From positions 175,114-239,113 of the forward strand of contig CAWJUA010000025.1 in NCBI GenBank assembly GCA_963845925.1: a DNA stretch of 64,000 bases. Direction: 5' to 3'. The notes beneath the pieces are model-generated. The model ran no database searches. It was not told the origin of the DNA and was given only the letters and a program-made list of their open reading frames with translations. The DNA is from an uncultured Chloroflexia bacterium (GTDB taxonomy: Bacteria > Chloroflexota > Limnocylindria > Limnocylindrales > CSP1-4). Position numbers and translations under genes: made by a program. Of this stretch, positions 47,941 to 57,344 are shown piece by piece. Every line of letters begins with the position of its first letter. Positions within the stretch are counted from its first letter, which is position 1.

Positions 47941-49101
47941 ATGACCGACCCCGACGGGCCCGCCGAAGCGTCGACGGGCCCCGAGGGCTCGGCCGCTCCA
48001 CCCTCCGACCTGACCGAGCGGGTCGTCGACTCGCGGGTGGTCCACAAGGGCCACTACATGGAGTTCCGCGTCGATACGATCGAGCGGGCCGACGGCACGC
48101 GCGGCGAGCGCGACATCGTCGGGCATCCCGGCGCCGTCGCGATGCTCGCGATCGACGAGGCCGACCGCGTCCTCATGGTCCGCCAGTTCCGGCTCGCTGC
48201 CGGTGATGTGCTGCTCGAGATCCCGGCCGGGACGCTCGACGTCGACGCTGCGACCGGCGCGGTCGAGGACCCCGAGATCGCCTCGCGGCGCGAGCTCGAG
48301 GAGGAGACCGGCTACCGGGCCCGGACGTGGCGGAAGCTGGGCTCGTTCTGGACCGCGCCGGGCTTCGCCACGGAGCTCATGCACCTCTACCTCGCGACGG
48401 ACCTCGAGCCGGCGGTCGAAGGGCGCCTGGGACCGGACGAGGACGAGCACCTCGAGCTCGAGCGAGTGCCGTTCGCGGAAGCCCTGGCGGCCGCCGACCG
48501 CGGCGAGATCCGCGACGCCAAGTCGCTCGTGGCCCTCCTCTGGTACGACCGGCTGCGGGGCGAAGGGTCCGACCTGACAACACGATCTGAGGAGTCCGAG
48601 CGCCGGATCGAGGTCCGGTTCCAACCGTCACGTCTCGAAGCGATCGATGCCGCTGCGGCGACCGTCCGCCGATCGATCGGGGCGACGCTGATCGGACTCG
48701 CCGGCGCGGGGTTCGGGCTACTCGGCCTGCTGATGGGGGGTGGCGCCGAGGGCTGGTTCCTCGTCGTGCTCGGCCTGTTGCTTGCGACCGGGCTGATCGT
48801 GGCGCCGTTCGTGCTGTTCACCGCGTATCGCGCGCCGGACCTGGTGACGCCGTCGACCACCGTAACGGTCACGCCCCACCTGATCGACTACACGACGCCG
48901 CGCATTCGATCCGAGGTCACGTGGGATCTCGTCCGGAGGGTCCGATCCTCCGGTCGGTACGTGTTCTTCGAAACCGGCGCCAGCCCGTTCTACCTCCCGA
49001 AGCGCGCCTTCACGCCGGACCAGCTTGCGGGACTCCAGGCGATTCTCGGGGAGGTCGGGTTCGGGCCAGACGGGCGCCGCCGAGCCGGCTCGGCCGGATA
49101 G
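47941..49101 (+). CDS. NUDIX hydrolase (ADP-ribose pyrophosphatase-like) fused to a YcxB-like two-TM domain
   Basis: ORF 47857..49101, with the start at ATG 47941. The NUDIX box is GTLDVDAATGAVEDPEIASRRELEEETGY. The C-terminal part has two TM helices (LIGLAGAGFGLLGLLMGG, FLVVLGLLLATGLIVAPFVLF) and ends VFFETGASPFYLPKRAFTPDQLAGLQAIL. Confidence 0.75.
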   Translation: MTDPDGPAEASTGPEGSAAPPSDLTERVVDSRVVHKGHYMEFRVDTIERADGTRGERDIVGHPGAVAMLAIDEADRVLMVRQFRLAAGDVLLEIPAGTLDVDAATGAVEDPEIASRRELEEETGYRARTWRKLGSFWTAPGFATELMHLYLATDLEPAVEGRLGPDEDEHLELERVPFAEALAAADRGEIRDAKSLVALLWYDRLRGEGSDLTTRSEESERRIEVRFQPSRLEAIDAAAATVRRSIGATLIGLAGAGFGLLGLLMGGGAEGWFLVVLGLLLATGLIVAPFVLFTAYRAPDLVTPSTTVTVTPHLIDYTTPRIRSEVTWDLVRRVRSSGRYVFFETGASPFYLPKRAFTPDQLAGLQAILGEVGFGPDGRRRAGSAG

Positions 49102-49257
49102 CCACGCGAGGACTCTTAGGCTCGATCTGCCGACGAGATTCCCTGGCGCATCGGTTTGAACTGGCGGTCGTTAGCCGCCCGCAGCTGCCGAGGGGCCCAG
49201 GGATCCGGCGGCGGCGCGGCAGCAGCGTGCGCCGCGTCCGCGGAGTGGCCGGTCACG

Positions 49258-49641
49258 TCAGCTGAGCCGGGCCAGCGCGCCGGCGTACAGCTCCGATCGG
49301 GGGCTCAGCGCGACCGCCAGACGGAGATGCGTCCGGGCCTCCTTCGGCCGGCCGAGCTGCTTGAGGCTCTGGCCCAGCGCGTAGTGGCCGTAGTGGCTCG
49401 ACGGGTCGACCTCGAGCAGCGCCTCGAACGTCTCGCGCGAGCGCTCGTACTGCCGGGAGTTGTAGTACGCCTGGCCAAGCGCCTCGAGGATCGAGCCCTT
49501 GCCAGGCTCGAGGCGGAGTGCCCGCTCGAGGACGATCGCCGCCTGGGCGTGGTGCCGGGTCCGGATCAGCTCCTGGCCACGCTGGAACAGCTCGTAGGCG
49601 GATTCGCGGTCGTTCTCGAAGTCTGGCTGGTCCACGAGCAA
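49258..49641 (-). CDS. Small TPR-repeat protein
   Basis: 3' end of ORF 49258..50568: DQPDFENDRESAYELFQRGQELIRTRHHAQAAIVLERALRLEPGKGSILEALGQAYYNSRQYERSRETFEALLEVDPSSHYGHYALGQSLKQLGRPKEARTHLRLAVAL. The start is uncertain (TTG 49641 or GTG 49635). Confidence 0.6.
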   Translation of the reverse strand: MLVDQPDFENDRESAYELFQRGQELIRTRHHAQAAIVLERALRLEPGKGSILEALGQAYYNSRQYERSRETFEALLEVDPSSHYGHYALGQSLKQLGRPKEARTHLRLAVALSPRSELYAGALARLS

Positions 49642-50717
49642 ATGGTGGCACGGCCCGTCGAATCGCGGCCCGCGGCGCGATAGCCGGCGGCGCCGTCCCG
49701 CCACGGGGCGAGGTCGACGCGACGGAGCCGCGGCGAGTCGGTCGGGCCCGGGATCCGGCCGCGCTTCGCGATCGGCTGGCCGTCGATCTCCTTGATGTCG
49801 CCGGTGAAGTCGATCGGCGTGGCGCCGCTGATGTACGACCCGACCGCGTACGAGTCGACCGGCGCGGAGGCGTCCTTGAAGTACTGGATCCGCTCCGGGT
49901 TCAGGCCACCCGACACGACGATCTTCACGTGCTGGTAGCCCTCGTTGTCGAGCCGCGCCCGGATCTCGTGGACGAGGTCGGCGGTGACGCGGCCGCGCTC
50001 GGCCGGCGTGTCGAGGCGGATGCCGTAGAGCCGGTCGCCGAGCGCGTGGGCGACCCGGAGCGTCTCCTCGGCCTCGTCGCGGAACGTGTCGACGAGCACG
50101 ATCCGGGGCACCTCCGGCCCCAGGTCGCGGTCGAACGCCTCGGCCGCCCGGACGGTGTCGCCGAAGATCAGGACGAGCGAGTGGGGCATCGTGCCGGTCG
50201 GGTTGAGGCCGGCGAGCCGCGCCCCGGCCGGCGTCGACGCGCCGACGCAGCCGCCGACGATGGCGGCGTAGTCGAGGACGTCGGTGATGTCGGGGTGGAC
50301 GTGGCGGGCCCCGAACGAGATCACCGGCGCCGGCGACGCGACCTCGACGACGTCTCGCGCGGCGGTCGCCCAGCCGGTCGACTGGGCGAGCATCCCGAGG
50401 ATCGCGGTTTCGTACAGGCCGAACTGGAGGTAGCGGGCGCGGATCCGGAGGACGACCTCCTTCGGCCCGATCGTGTCGCCATCGTCGAGCGCCTCGACCT
50501 GGACCTCGTCGGGGTCGCAGCCGGCGAGGACGTGGCCCAGGAGGTTCTTGGCCTCGTCGATCCCGCACAGCATCGCGTCCTGGCGGGCGAAGACCTCCAT
50601 CGTGACGAGCGGGTCGAGGCCCTCACGCTCGAGGATGCTGGCGGCGCGGGCGAAGTACACGTCGGCGGAGTCGCCGGACATGATCTCCCGCGACGGGCGC
50701 GTCCTGACCATGCCCAT
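49566..50717 (-). CDS. pncB: Nicotinate phosphoribosyltransferase (archaeal/type II PRTase-like)
   Basis: ORF 49566..50966, with the start at ATG 50717 or 50711 (MGMVRTRPSREIMSGDSADVYF). It contains GARHVHPDI..GTMPHSLVLIFGD..IVLVDTFRDE..GIRLDTP..IVVSGGLNPERI..VGSYISGA. The last ~60 codons look low-complexity and overlap the TPR gene start, so the true 3' end is uncertain. Confidence 0.75.
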   Translation of the reverse strand: MGMVRTRPSREIMSGDSADVYFARAASILEREGLDPLVTMEVFARQDAMLCGIDEAKNLLGHVLAGCDPDEVQVEALDDGDTIGPKEVVLRIRARYLQFGLYETAILGMLAQSTGWATAARDVVEVASPAPVISFGARHVHPDITDVLDYAAIVGGCVGASTPAGARLAGLNPTGTMPHSLVLIFGDTVRAAEAFDRDLGPEVPRIVLVDTFRDEAEETLRVAHALGDRLYGIRLDTPAERGRVTADLVHEIRARLDNEGYQHVKIVVSGGLNPERIQYFKDASAPVDSYAVGSYISGATPIDFTGDIKEIDGQPIAKRGRIPGPTDSPRLRRVDLAPWRDGAAGYRAAGRDSTGRATICSWTSQTSRTTANPPTSCSSVARS

Positions 50718-50730
50718 CAGCCGAGGCGCC

Positions 50731-52956
50731 TCACGTTCCGTCTCCTCCTTCGCGCTCCGCGTCCGCCGTCGGGTCGGGCTCGCCGCCGGCCGGTCGTGGG
50801 TCGCCGAGTGTAGCGTACGGGTCCGGGCCATCCGACGCCGCCGGAGCCGCTTCGAGCGCGAGCGGCGGAGCCGATGCCTCGAGCGCGACCGAGCTCGCGA
50901 CGCCCGCCGGTGCCGTGTCTCTCCCCGCCTGAGCCGCCGAGGCGGCCGCCGCCCGCCGCCTCGCAACCGTCCGCCGGCCGCGCCGCCCCAGGAAGACCGC
51001 CGCGCCGCCGATCGCGATGACGCCGGCCCCGGCCAGGCCCGCGACCGCGACCCGCTCGCGGCCCGATTCGACCGCCCCGTCGAGCATCCCGTTCACCGCC
51101 GCGAGGTCGCCGTCCGCGGCGTCGAGATCGCCCGACGAGAACGCCGCGCGGGCCGCCGCCAGCTCGCCATCCGGGTCGCGGCCCAGCAGCCCGATCACCG
51201 TCAGCGGCGGCCGCTCGCGCGACGCCCGGTCGCCGGCATCCGCCAGAGAAGCCTCGAGTGCCAGCTGCCGATCGGCCAGCGCCTGGACCGGCGCGAGGTC
51301 GTGCTTCTCCGCCTCGTACGCGGTCTTGAGCGTCGTCGGCGGCGGGAGCCCCAGGCGCCCGGCCGCCTGCTCGATCCGGCGCCGAGTCGCGAGCACCGCA
51401 TCCGCTTCGTCGATCGCCGCGGTCGCTGTCGCGAAGTCCCAGTCGCCCATCGGCTTGCGGACGACCCAGCCCGGCAGCCAGCCGTCGCCGACCGCGACGA
51501 GCTCCGTGTAGGCCGCCCGGGCCGCCGCCCGCTCGTCGAGGACCTTCGCCTGGTCGTCGGTCACGACCCAGCGCCGGAAGGTCGCGTCGGCGCGGGTCGC
51601 GCCGCCGCGCTCGTCGAGCAGGTCGAGGAGGCGGCGCCAGTCGGCCGCGTCCGCGACCTTCTCGGCCGGGCCCGCCCCGACGTACGCGGTCTCGTGGCGG
51701 CTCGCCGCGCCGAGCACGTCGCGCATCCCCGCCTCGCCCGCGTCCGCGACGAGCGCCCGGACCGCCGTCCACGCCGCGTCGTAGCCGTACGTCTCGCGTG
51801 CCCGGGTCGCCTCGTCGGCGATCCGGCCGGGGAACGTCCAGTCGTTGAGCCGGACCGCCTCGGCGTCGGTCGGCGAGACCGGGTCGGGGCCCAGCCCGCC
51901 GTTCGAGACCTCGTCGAGGACCCGCGAGGCGTACTCGTCGGCCAGCCCCTCGTCGATCCAGCGCCCGACGAACAGGTTCTCGTTGAACCAGGCGTGCGAC
52001 GCCTCGTGGAGGATCGTCAGCTCGTCGAGGTCCTCGCTGATCTCGATCAGGCGCTCGTCGGTGTGGAAGATGCCGGCGTAGCCCTCGAGCAGCGGCGTGT
52101 GGACCTCGGTGACCTCGATGTCGCCCGTCACCGGCCAGTCGAGGCCGAGCTTGTCGACGAGCTCCGGCAGCCCGGTCCGGAGCAACCCGGTGACGCGGGT
52201 CTGCCACTCGGTGTCCTCGGGCCAGGCGCGGATGACGAGATGCTCGCCGCCGGGCAGGTCGAGCCGGTCGCTCGTGAGCGCGTCCTTGCGGTCCGCGACG
52301 ATCGTCGCGTACCAGTCGGTCGCATCGTCGATGCCGGTCGCCGAGACCGTGCTGACGCCGGCGGCAACCGATTTCTGGGTCGGCGAGCCGGTCGCGGTGA
52401 CGTCGTAGCCGCCGGGGACGACGACCTGGACGTCGCCGCCGTCGCCGAACGCCCAGGCGGAGAACGTCGCGAACGCCGACCCGACCCGGATCGCGCTCTC
52501 CGACCGCGGCGCCCCGCCCGGCAGGTCGAAGGCGACCGAGACCGTCTCCGTCTGGCCGAAGTAGAGGTCGGCCGGGAACGCGACCGTCAGGCGCGAGAAG
52601 CCGTCGTCCGGCGCGAGCGTCGTCGCGAGGTGCTGCTTGCCGAACGACGCGGCGGCCGCGGTCGCCTCGGGCTGGACGCCGATCGTCGCCGACTCGAAGA
52701 AGTAGCGGGTCGTGATCGTGCCGCTCGGCGTCTGGCGGACGAGGTCCGGCTTCGTGTTCTGCGCGGTCAGCGCGATCACGACGTGGACGAGCGACTTGTC
52801 GGGGACGAGCGTGTAGGTCGTCGCCGAGGTCAGCGCCAGCCCGTCGTCGGTGGCGGCCGCGGCCGGGCTCGCCGCCGCGGGGCGCAGCAACGACGCCGCG
52901 ACGGCGATGCCGGCGACGAGGAGGCGTGCGACGCGACGGCTGCCCGACCGTCCCAT
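50731..52956 (-). CDS. Membrane-anchored extracytoplasmic HExxH (Peptidase_MA-like zincin) protein, paralogue A
   Basis: ORF 50731..52956 is intact at 741 aa. It has a signal peptide (VARLLVAGIAVAASLLRPAAA), a beta-rich N-domain, TILHEASHAWFNENLFVGRWIDEGLADEY, a long helical region, the motif AAFSSGDLDA, a C-terminal TM helix VAVAGLAGAGVIAIGGAAVFLG and an RRGRR tail. Confidence 0.7.
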   Translation of the reverse strand: MGRSGSRRVARLLVAGIAVAASLLRPAAASPAAAATDDGLALTSATTYTLVPDKSLVHVVIALTAQNTKPDLVRQTPSGTITTRYFFESATIGVQPEATAAAASFGKQHLATTLAPDDGFSRLTVAFPADLYFGQTETVSVAFDLPGGAPRSESAIRVGSAFATFSAWAFGDGGDVQVVVPGGYDVTATGSPTQKSVAAGVSTVSATGIDDATDWYATIVADRKDALTSDRLDLPGGEHLVIRAWPEDTEWQTRVTGLLRTGLPELVDKLGLDWPVTGDIEVTEVHTPLLEGYAGIFHTDERLIEISEDLDELTILHEASHAWFNENLFVGRWIDEGLADEYASRVLDEVSNGGLGPDPVSPTDAEAVRLNDWTFPGRIADEATRARETYGYDAAWTAVRALVADAGEAGMRDVLGAASRHETAYVGAGPAEKVADAADWRRLLDLLDERGGATRADATFRRWVVTDDQAKVLDERAAARAAYTELVAVGDGWLPGWVVRKPMGDWDFATATAAIDEADAVLATRRRIEQAAGRLGLPPPTTLKTAYEAEKHDLAPVQALADRQLALEASLADAGDRASRERPPLTVIGLLGRDPDGELAAARAAFSSGDLDAADGDLAAVNGMLDGAVESGRERVAVAGLAGAGVIAIGGAAVFLGRRGRRTVARRRAAAASAAQAGRDTAPAGVASSVALEASAPPLALEAAPAASDGPDPYATLGDPRPAGGEPDPTADAEREGGDGT

Positions 52957-52959
52957 CGC

Positions 52960-55081
52960 TCAGTCCTTGGGGTGGGCCATGAGGTGGTCCGTCGGGCCGG
53001 TCGCGCCCGTCGTGCCGGCGGCGAGCCGCCGGGACGCAGCGGCCTTGTGGCGACGGGTCACGCCGCGGACGGTGTTCACGATGAACGCGACCGCGACGAG
53101 CGAGGCGATCAGCGCGGCGAGCATCGTCATCACCCGGTTCCGGCCGGTCTCCAGGGCGCCGTCCCACGCGTCGAACGCGTCGGCGCTCGCCTGGATCGAC
53201 GCGCGGAGGTCGCCCGAGGAGAACGCGGCCGCGGCTGTCTGGAGGTCCGCCGCCGGCGTCGTGCCCCACAGCCCGACCTGCTCGATGAACCCCGGGTCGC
53301 TCTCGCGGGCCGCGGCGGCCTCGGCGTAGGCCCGGATCGTCGCCAGCTCCGCCTCCGCCTCCGTCGACACCGCGGCGAAGCCGTGGTTGCCCTCGAACGC
53401 GGCCTCGAGCGCGCGGGGCACCGTCAGGTCCGCCGCCGACGCCTTCGCGAGCACCTCGTCGCGGTCGTCGAGCGCCCGGCTCGCGGCCGTGAGCAGCTCC
53501 GTCGCCTGGCCGAACTGCCACGACCGCATCGCGTCGCGGACGATCGGCGGCAGCCGCCACTCGCCGGCCTTGGCCACGACCTCGTCGTACTGGCGCCGAG
53601 CCGCCGCCCGCGCGTCGAGCAGCCCGGCCTCCTCGTCGCGGACGACCCACGCCCGCCACAGGTCGTCGTAGCTCTGGCCGGTCCGGTCCTCGAGCAGGTC
53701 GAGGAGGCCGCGCCAGTCGGGGGCCGTCGGGCGGGTCTCGATCGGCGCGACGTCCGAGCCGGACATCGACGCGCCGCCCATGCCGCTCGTGGCGGCGCCG
53801 TCGGGCGTGCGGAGGCCGGTCGGCTGGTAGGGCGCGACCCCGTCGCGGATCGCCTGCCAGACCTTCGCGAGGCCGTCGGGACCGGCCCGCTGGGCGACGA
53901 GCCCGGCGAGCCGCGCCGACGCCGCGTAGCCGTAGTCCTCGATGAGCTTGTCGTCGGTGGCGAGCGGGTTCCACGCGTTGAGCGGGATCCGGGCTGCGAT
54001 CATCTCCGGCGTCAGCTCCGCCGGCGCGACCTTCAGCTTCAGCTTCGACGCCGCGTCGAGCGCGTACCACGACGCGAAGCCCTCGTTCGCCCAGCGGTCG
54101 GCGAGGAGGCCGCCGTCGAACCAGGCGTGGGCCATCTCGTGGAGCGTGACGAGCTGGTCGGCGTAGTAGGCGACCTCGACCGTCGCGTGGTCGGGGTCGT
54201 AGCGGCCGGCGTACGGCGAGCTCGCCTGGCTGACCGCCTCGGCCACGATGAACGGCCGCTCGGCGGTCCACTGGCAGGCCGATCGCGTCGGCGAGGACGG
54301 GGATGCCCTGCTCGACGATCCCGCCGGTCCGCTCGGCCCACGCCGGGTCGTCGGGCCAGGCGCGGATCGTCACGTCGAGCGGCCGGCCGCCGACCTGGAC
54401 GGTCCGCGTCGACTCAGCGAACGCGCTTGGTCGATCGGCGACGAAGTAGGCGAAGAACGCCAGCGGCTGGGCGAGCGCGCCGGTGGCGTAGACCGTCCGG
54501 CCGTCGCCGTCGGTCGTTGGCTTGTGGAGCAGGTCCGACCGGGCGTCGATCGAGTAGCCGGGCGGGAAGACGACCGTGACCGTGCTGCCGGGCGTCCCCT
54601 CGCTGGCGTACGCCCACGCCCCGAACGCGACGAGGCTCGTCCCGACCCGCGTCGTCCGCGTCGGCACGCCGCCCGGGTCCTTGATGTCGAACGTCAGGGC
54701 CATGCCCCGCGCCTGGCCGGATCCGAGCCGCGACCCGAAGTCGATCCGGAGCAGCGTGTGGTCGGCCTTCTTCGCGGCGACGTGGACGGTCGGCCCGCCG
54801 ATCCGGGCGCTGACCTTGAACCCGGCCGTGTTCGGCGGGACCGCGAGGAACGCCTTGTCGAAGTAGTAGAGCCGGGTCTTCGTGTCGGTCAGGTGGTTCG
54901 CCGCCGTCAGGTTCACCGCGACGTGGACGACGCCGTGGTCGGGGTCGACGGTGTAGGTCGCGTTGCTGATGATCGTCATCCCGGGGCCCGCAGCGAGCGC
55001 GGGCGCGGCGGCGGCCGGGGCGAGGGCCGCGACGAGCGTCGCGAACAGGACGGCGACGAGCGCCGCGCGGCGGCCGGTCAT
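52960..55081 (-). pseudogene. Membrane-anchored extracytoplasmic HExxH (Peptidase_MA-like zincin) protein, paralogue B, one frameshift
   Basis: ATG 55081 overlaps the upstream stop as ATGA. The N-terminal 270 aa lie in the frame of shadow ORF 50717..55600 (MTGRRAALVAVLFATLVAALAPAAAAPALA..TYTVDPDHGVVHVAVNLTAAN..VTIRAWPDDPAWAERTGGIVEQGIPVLADAIGLP). The rest lies in ORF 52960..54246 (WTAERPFIVAEAVS..VTLHEMAHAWFDGGLLADRWANEGFASWY..AAFSSGDLRA..TM MLAALIASLVAVAFIV). The junction lies near 54270. Confidence 0.7.
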
Positions 55082-55710
55082 CGGTCCGCGGCGGCCGGGG
55101 CGAGGTCGGCCGGGGCGTCGGTCGCCGGCGGGGCAGGCGGCGCGGCGCCGGGCGCGACTCCGCCCGGCTCGGTGGCATCCGGTCGCGGCTCCCCGGCAAG
55201 CTCGCCGAGCTCCGCGCGGTAGCGCTCGAGGAGCGACTCGCCGCGGCTCGTCCGGCCGCTCGTGTCCGGGATCCGGCCGCCGATCCAGAGCCAGCTCGCC
55301 GACTCCTCGAGGAGCTGGTCGGCGATCGCGAGCGACCGGGCGATCGCGAGCCCGAGTGCGTCGCGGCCGGCCAGGATCGGGGCGATCTCGACCGTCAGGA
55401 TCGGCCGCTCGTCTTCGGCCAGCGAGAACTTCGCGAATGGGAACTCGTCGTTCCAGTGCAGCAGCTTCCGGTACGACTTGCGGTAGGCGTCGGCGATCGG
55501 CGGCGCGAAATGGACCCAGACGATCAGCGCGACGAGCGGGTCGAGGATGAGCGTGACCGGCACGTCGAAGCGGCGCCGGCCGTCGAGCCTGAGGTCCCAC
55601 GACGTGACGCCTTCGCGGTCGGAGCGGGCGTCCGGACGGAGCCCGAGCTCGTCGAGCCAGCGCTCGACGTCGGCCGGGCGCACAGGGACGCCCTGGTCGG
55701 CGATTGGCAT
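55078..55710 (-). CDS. YbjN-domain (putative sensory-transduction regulator / chaperone-like) protein
   Basis: ORF 55078..55710 contains VERWLDELGLRPDARSDREGVTSWDLRLDGRRRFDVPVTLILDPLVALIVWVHFAP..LLHWNDEFPFAKFSLAEDERPILTVEI, followed by a Pro/Ala-rich tail. There is no signal peptide. Confidence 0.6.
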   Translation of the reverse strand: MPIADQGVPVRPADVERWLDELGLRPDARSDREGVTSWDLRLDGRRRFDVPVTLILDPLVALIVWVHFAPPIADAYRKSYRKLLHWNDEFPFAKFSLAEDERPILTVEIAPILAGRDALGLAIARSLAIADQLLEESASWLWIGGRIPDTSGRTSRGESLLERYRAELGELAGEPRPDATEPGGVAPGAAPPAPPATDAPADLAPAAADR

Positions 55711-55822
55711 GCGGGGGAGTCTAGCGGGGACCGCCGATCCGGGCCGTCACGGGCGCGCGGCAATTCGCCCCGGCCGACGCGGCAGTTGCATCGCAATCCG
55801 CGCCGGCGGGCACGCGCGCTGG

Positions 55823-57244
55823 CTAAGCCTCGCCCCTCGGCTTCGCCGACATCCGGCCGGCGCTGCCGGCGATCGGGATCCCGACGCCCGCCCCGGCGCC
55901 GTTCGTCCTTGGTGCGCCCGCGTCCGCGCGAGCCGCCTTCGACTCCGCCGCGGCCGCTGGGGCGGCTTTCTTCGCTCTGCGCGGCTTCGCGCCGCCGGCC
56001 TCGACGGACGCCCCGTTTCGAACGACCTTCGAGACGAAGTCGGTCGCCTTCACATCGCCGGCGACCTTCACGTTGCGGCCGATCCGCGTCCCGCGCGGGA
56101 TGATCGCCCGCTTCCCGACGACGCTGATGCCGGTATTCAGCCGCGACGGCTCCTGGCGATTGGGCGTGTCGAAGTCCGGCCCGTCGCCGACGATCGCCCC
56201 CTGGCCGACGACGACTTCCTTGTCGAGGATCGAGCGGTCGACGACCGCGCCCGATCGGATGACGCAGTCGAACATGACGATCGAGTCGCGCACGACCGCC
56301 CCGACGTCGACGCGGACGCCCGGCGAGAGCACGGAGTTCACGACGGTCCCGTTGATCTGGCAGCCGTGGCTGATCAGGCTCTGGTGGACCTGCGCGGTCG
56401 GGCCGACCTTCGCCGGCGCGCGCTCCTCGGACCTCGTGTGGATGACCCAGTCCTTGTCGTAGAGGTCGAGCTCCGGGTGGTCCCGGAGGAGCGCGAGGTT
56501 CGCCTCCCAGTACGACTGGATCGTGCCGACGTCCTGCCAGTAGCCCTCGAAGCGGTAGCCGAAGACGCGGGCGCCGCCATCGAGCATCGCCGGGATCACG
56601 TGCCGCCCGAAGTCGTCGCGGTCGGCGCCGAGCCAGCGCCGGAGCGCCTTCTTCGAGAAGACGTAGACGCCCATCGACGCGAGGTCGCTCTTGGGCTGCT
56701 TGGGCTTCTCCTGCCACTCGACGATCCGGTCGTTGTCGTCGAGCGCGAGGATCCCCATCCGGGAGGCCTCGGCGAGCGGGACGCGGCGGACGGCGATCGT
56801 CACGTCGGCCCGGTGGCGGCGGTGGGCCGTGATGAACGGCTGGTAGTCCATCTTGTAGATGTGGTCGCCGGCGAGGACGAGGACCGTGTCGTCGCCCTCG
56901 TGCTCGAGCACGTTGAAGTTCTGGTAGACCGCGTCGGCCGTGCCGCGGTACCACTCCGCGACGCGGCCGCGGGCGATGTACGGCTGGAGCAGCTTGACGC
57001 CGCCGCGGTTGCGGTCGAGGTCCCACGGCCGGCCCAGACCGATGTGATCGTTCAGCGAGCGGGGGTTGTACTGGGTCAGGACGACGACGTTGTCGATGTC
57101 GGAGTTGACGCAATTCGACAGCGTGAAGTCGATGATCCGGTACTTCCCCCCGAACGGCACGGCGGGCTTGGCACGGACCCCGGAGAGGATCGAGAGGCGC
57201 TCGCCCTCGCCGCCGGCGAGGATCACGGCCATCGTCCGCTTCAT
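55823..57244 (-). CDS. glgC: Glucose-1-phosphate adenylyltransferase
   Basis: ORF 55823..57244 contains [60 protein letters not shown] and left-handed beta-helix repeats. A ~60-aa Ala/Lys/Gly-rich C-terminal extension follows. Confidence 0.9.
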   Translation of the reverse strand: MKRTMAVILAGGEGERLSILSGVRAKPAVPFGGKYRIIDFTLSNCVNSDIDNVVVLTQYNPRSLNDHIGLGRPWDLDRNRGGVKLLQPYIARGRVAEWYRGTADAVYQNFNVLEHEGDDTVLVLAGDHIYKMDYQPFITAHRRHRADVTIAVRRVPLAEASRMGILALDDNDRIVEWQEKPKQPKSDLASMGVYVFSKKALRRWLGADRDDFGRHVIPAMLDGGARVFGYRFEGYWQDVGTIQSYWEANLALLRDHPELDLYDKDWVIHTRSEERAPAKVGPTAQVHQSLISHGCQINGTVVNSVLSPGVRVDVGAVVRDSIVMFDCVIRSGAVVDRSILDKEVVVGQGAIVGDGPDFDTPNRQEPSRLNTGISVVGKRAIIPRGTRIGRNVKVAGDVKATDFVSKVVRNGASVEAGGAKPRRAKKAAPAAAAESKAARADAGAPRTNGAGAGVGIPIAGSAGRMSAKPRGEA

Positions 57245-57344
57245 GGCAGCTACGTTACCACCGGCGATGTGAACGGCCGGTCACGGGCGGGTGAAGGATT
57301 CGTGCCGGGGCCCTTGCACCGGCCGGCGCGGCCGAGGCGAGCGG

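Noticed and set aside
50473-55600. Giant ORFs 50717..55600 (-, 1627 aa) and 50473..54579 (+, 1368 aa) that could be taken for huge proteins
   Set aside because: Their translations are almost pure Arg/Pro/Gly/Ala/Asp strings with no motifs. They run antisense to, or out of frame with, the well-formed HExxH genes at 50731..52956 and 52960..55081. Only the 5' ~270 codons of the minus-strand ORF (54270-55081) are real, as the N-terminus of paralogue B.
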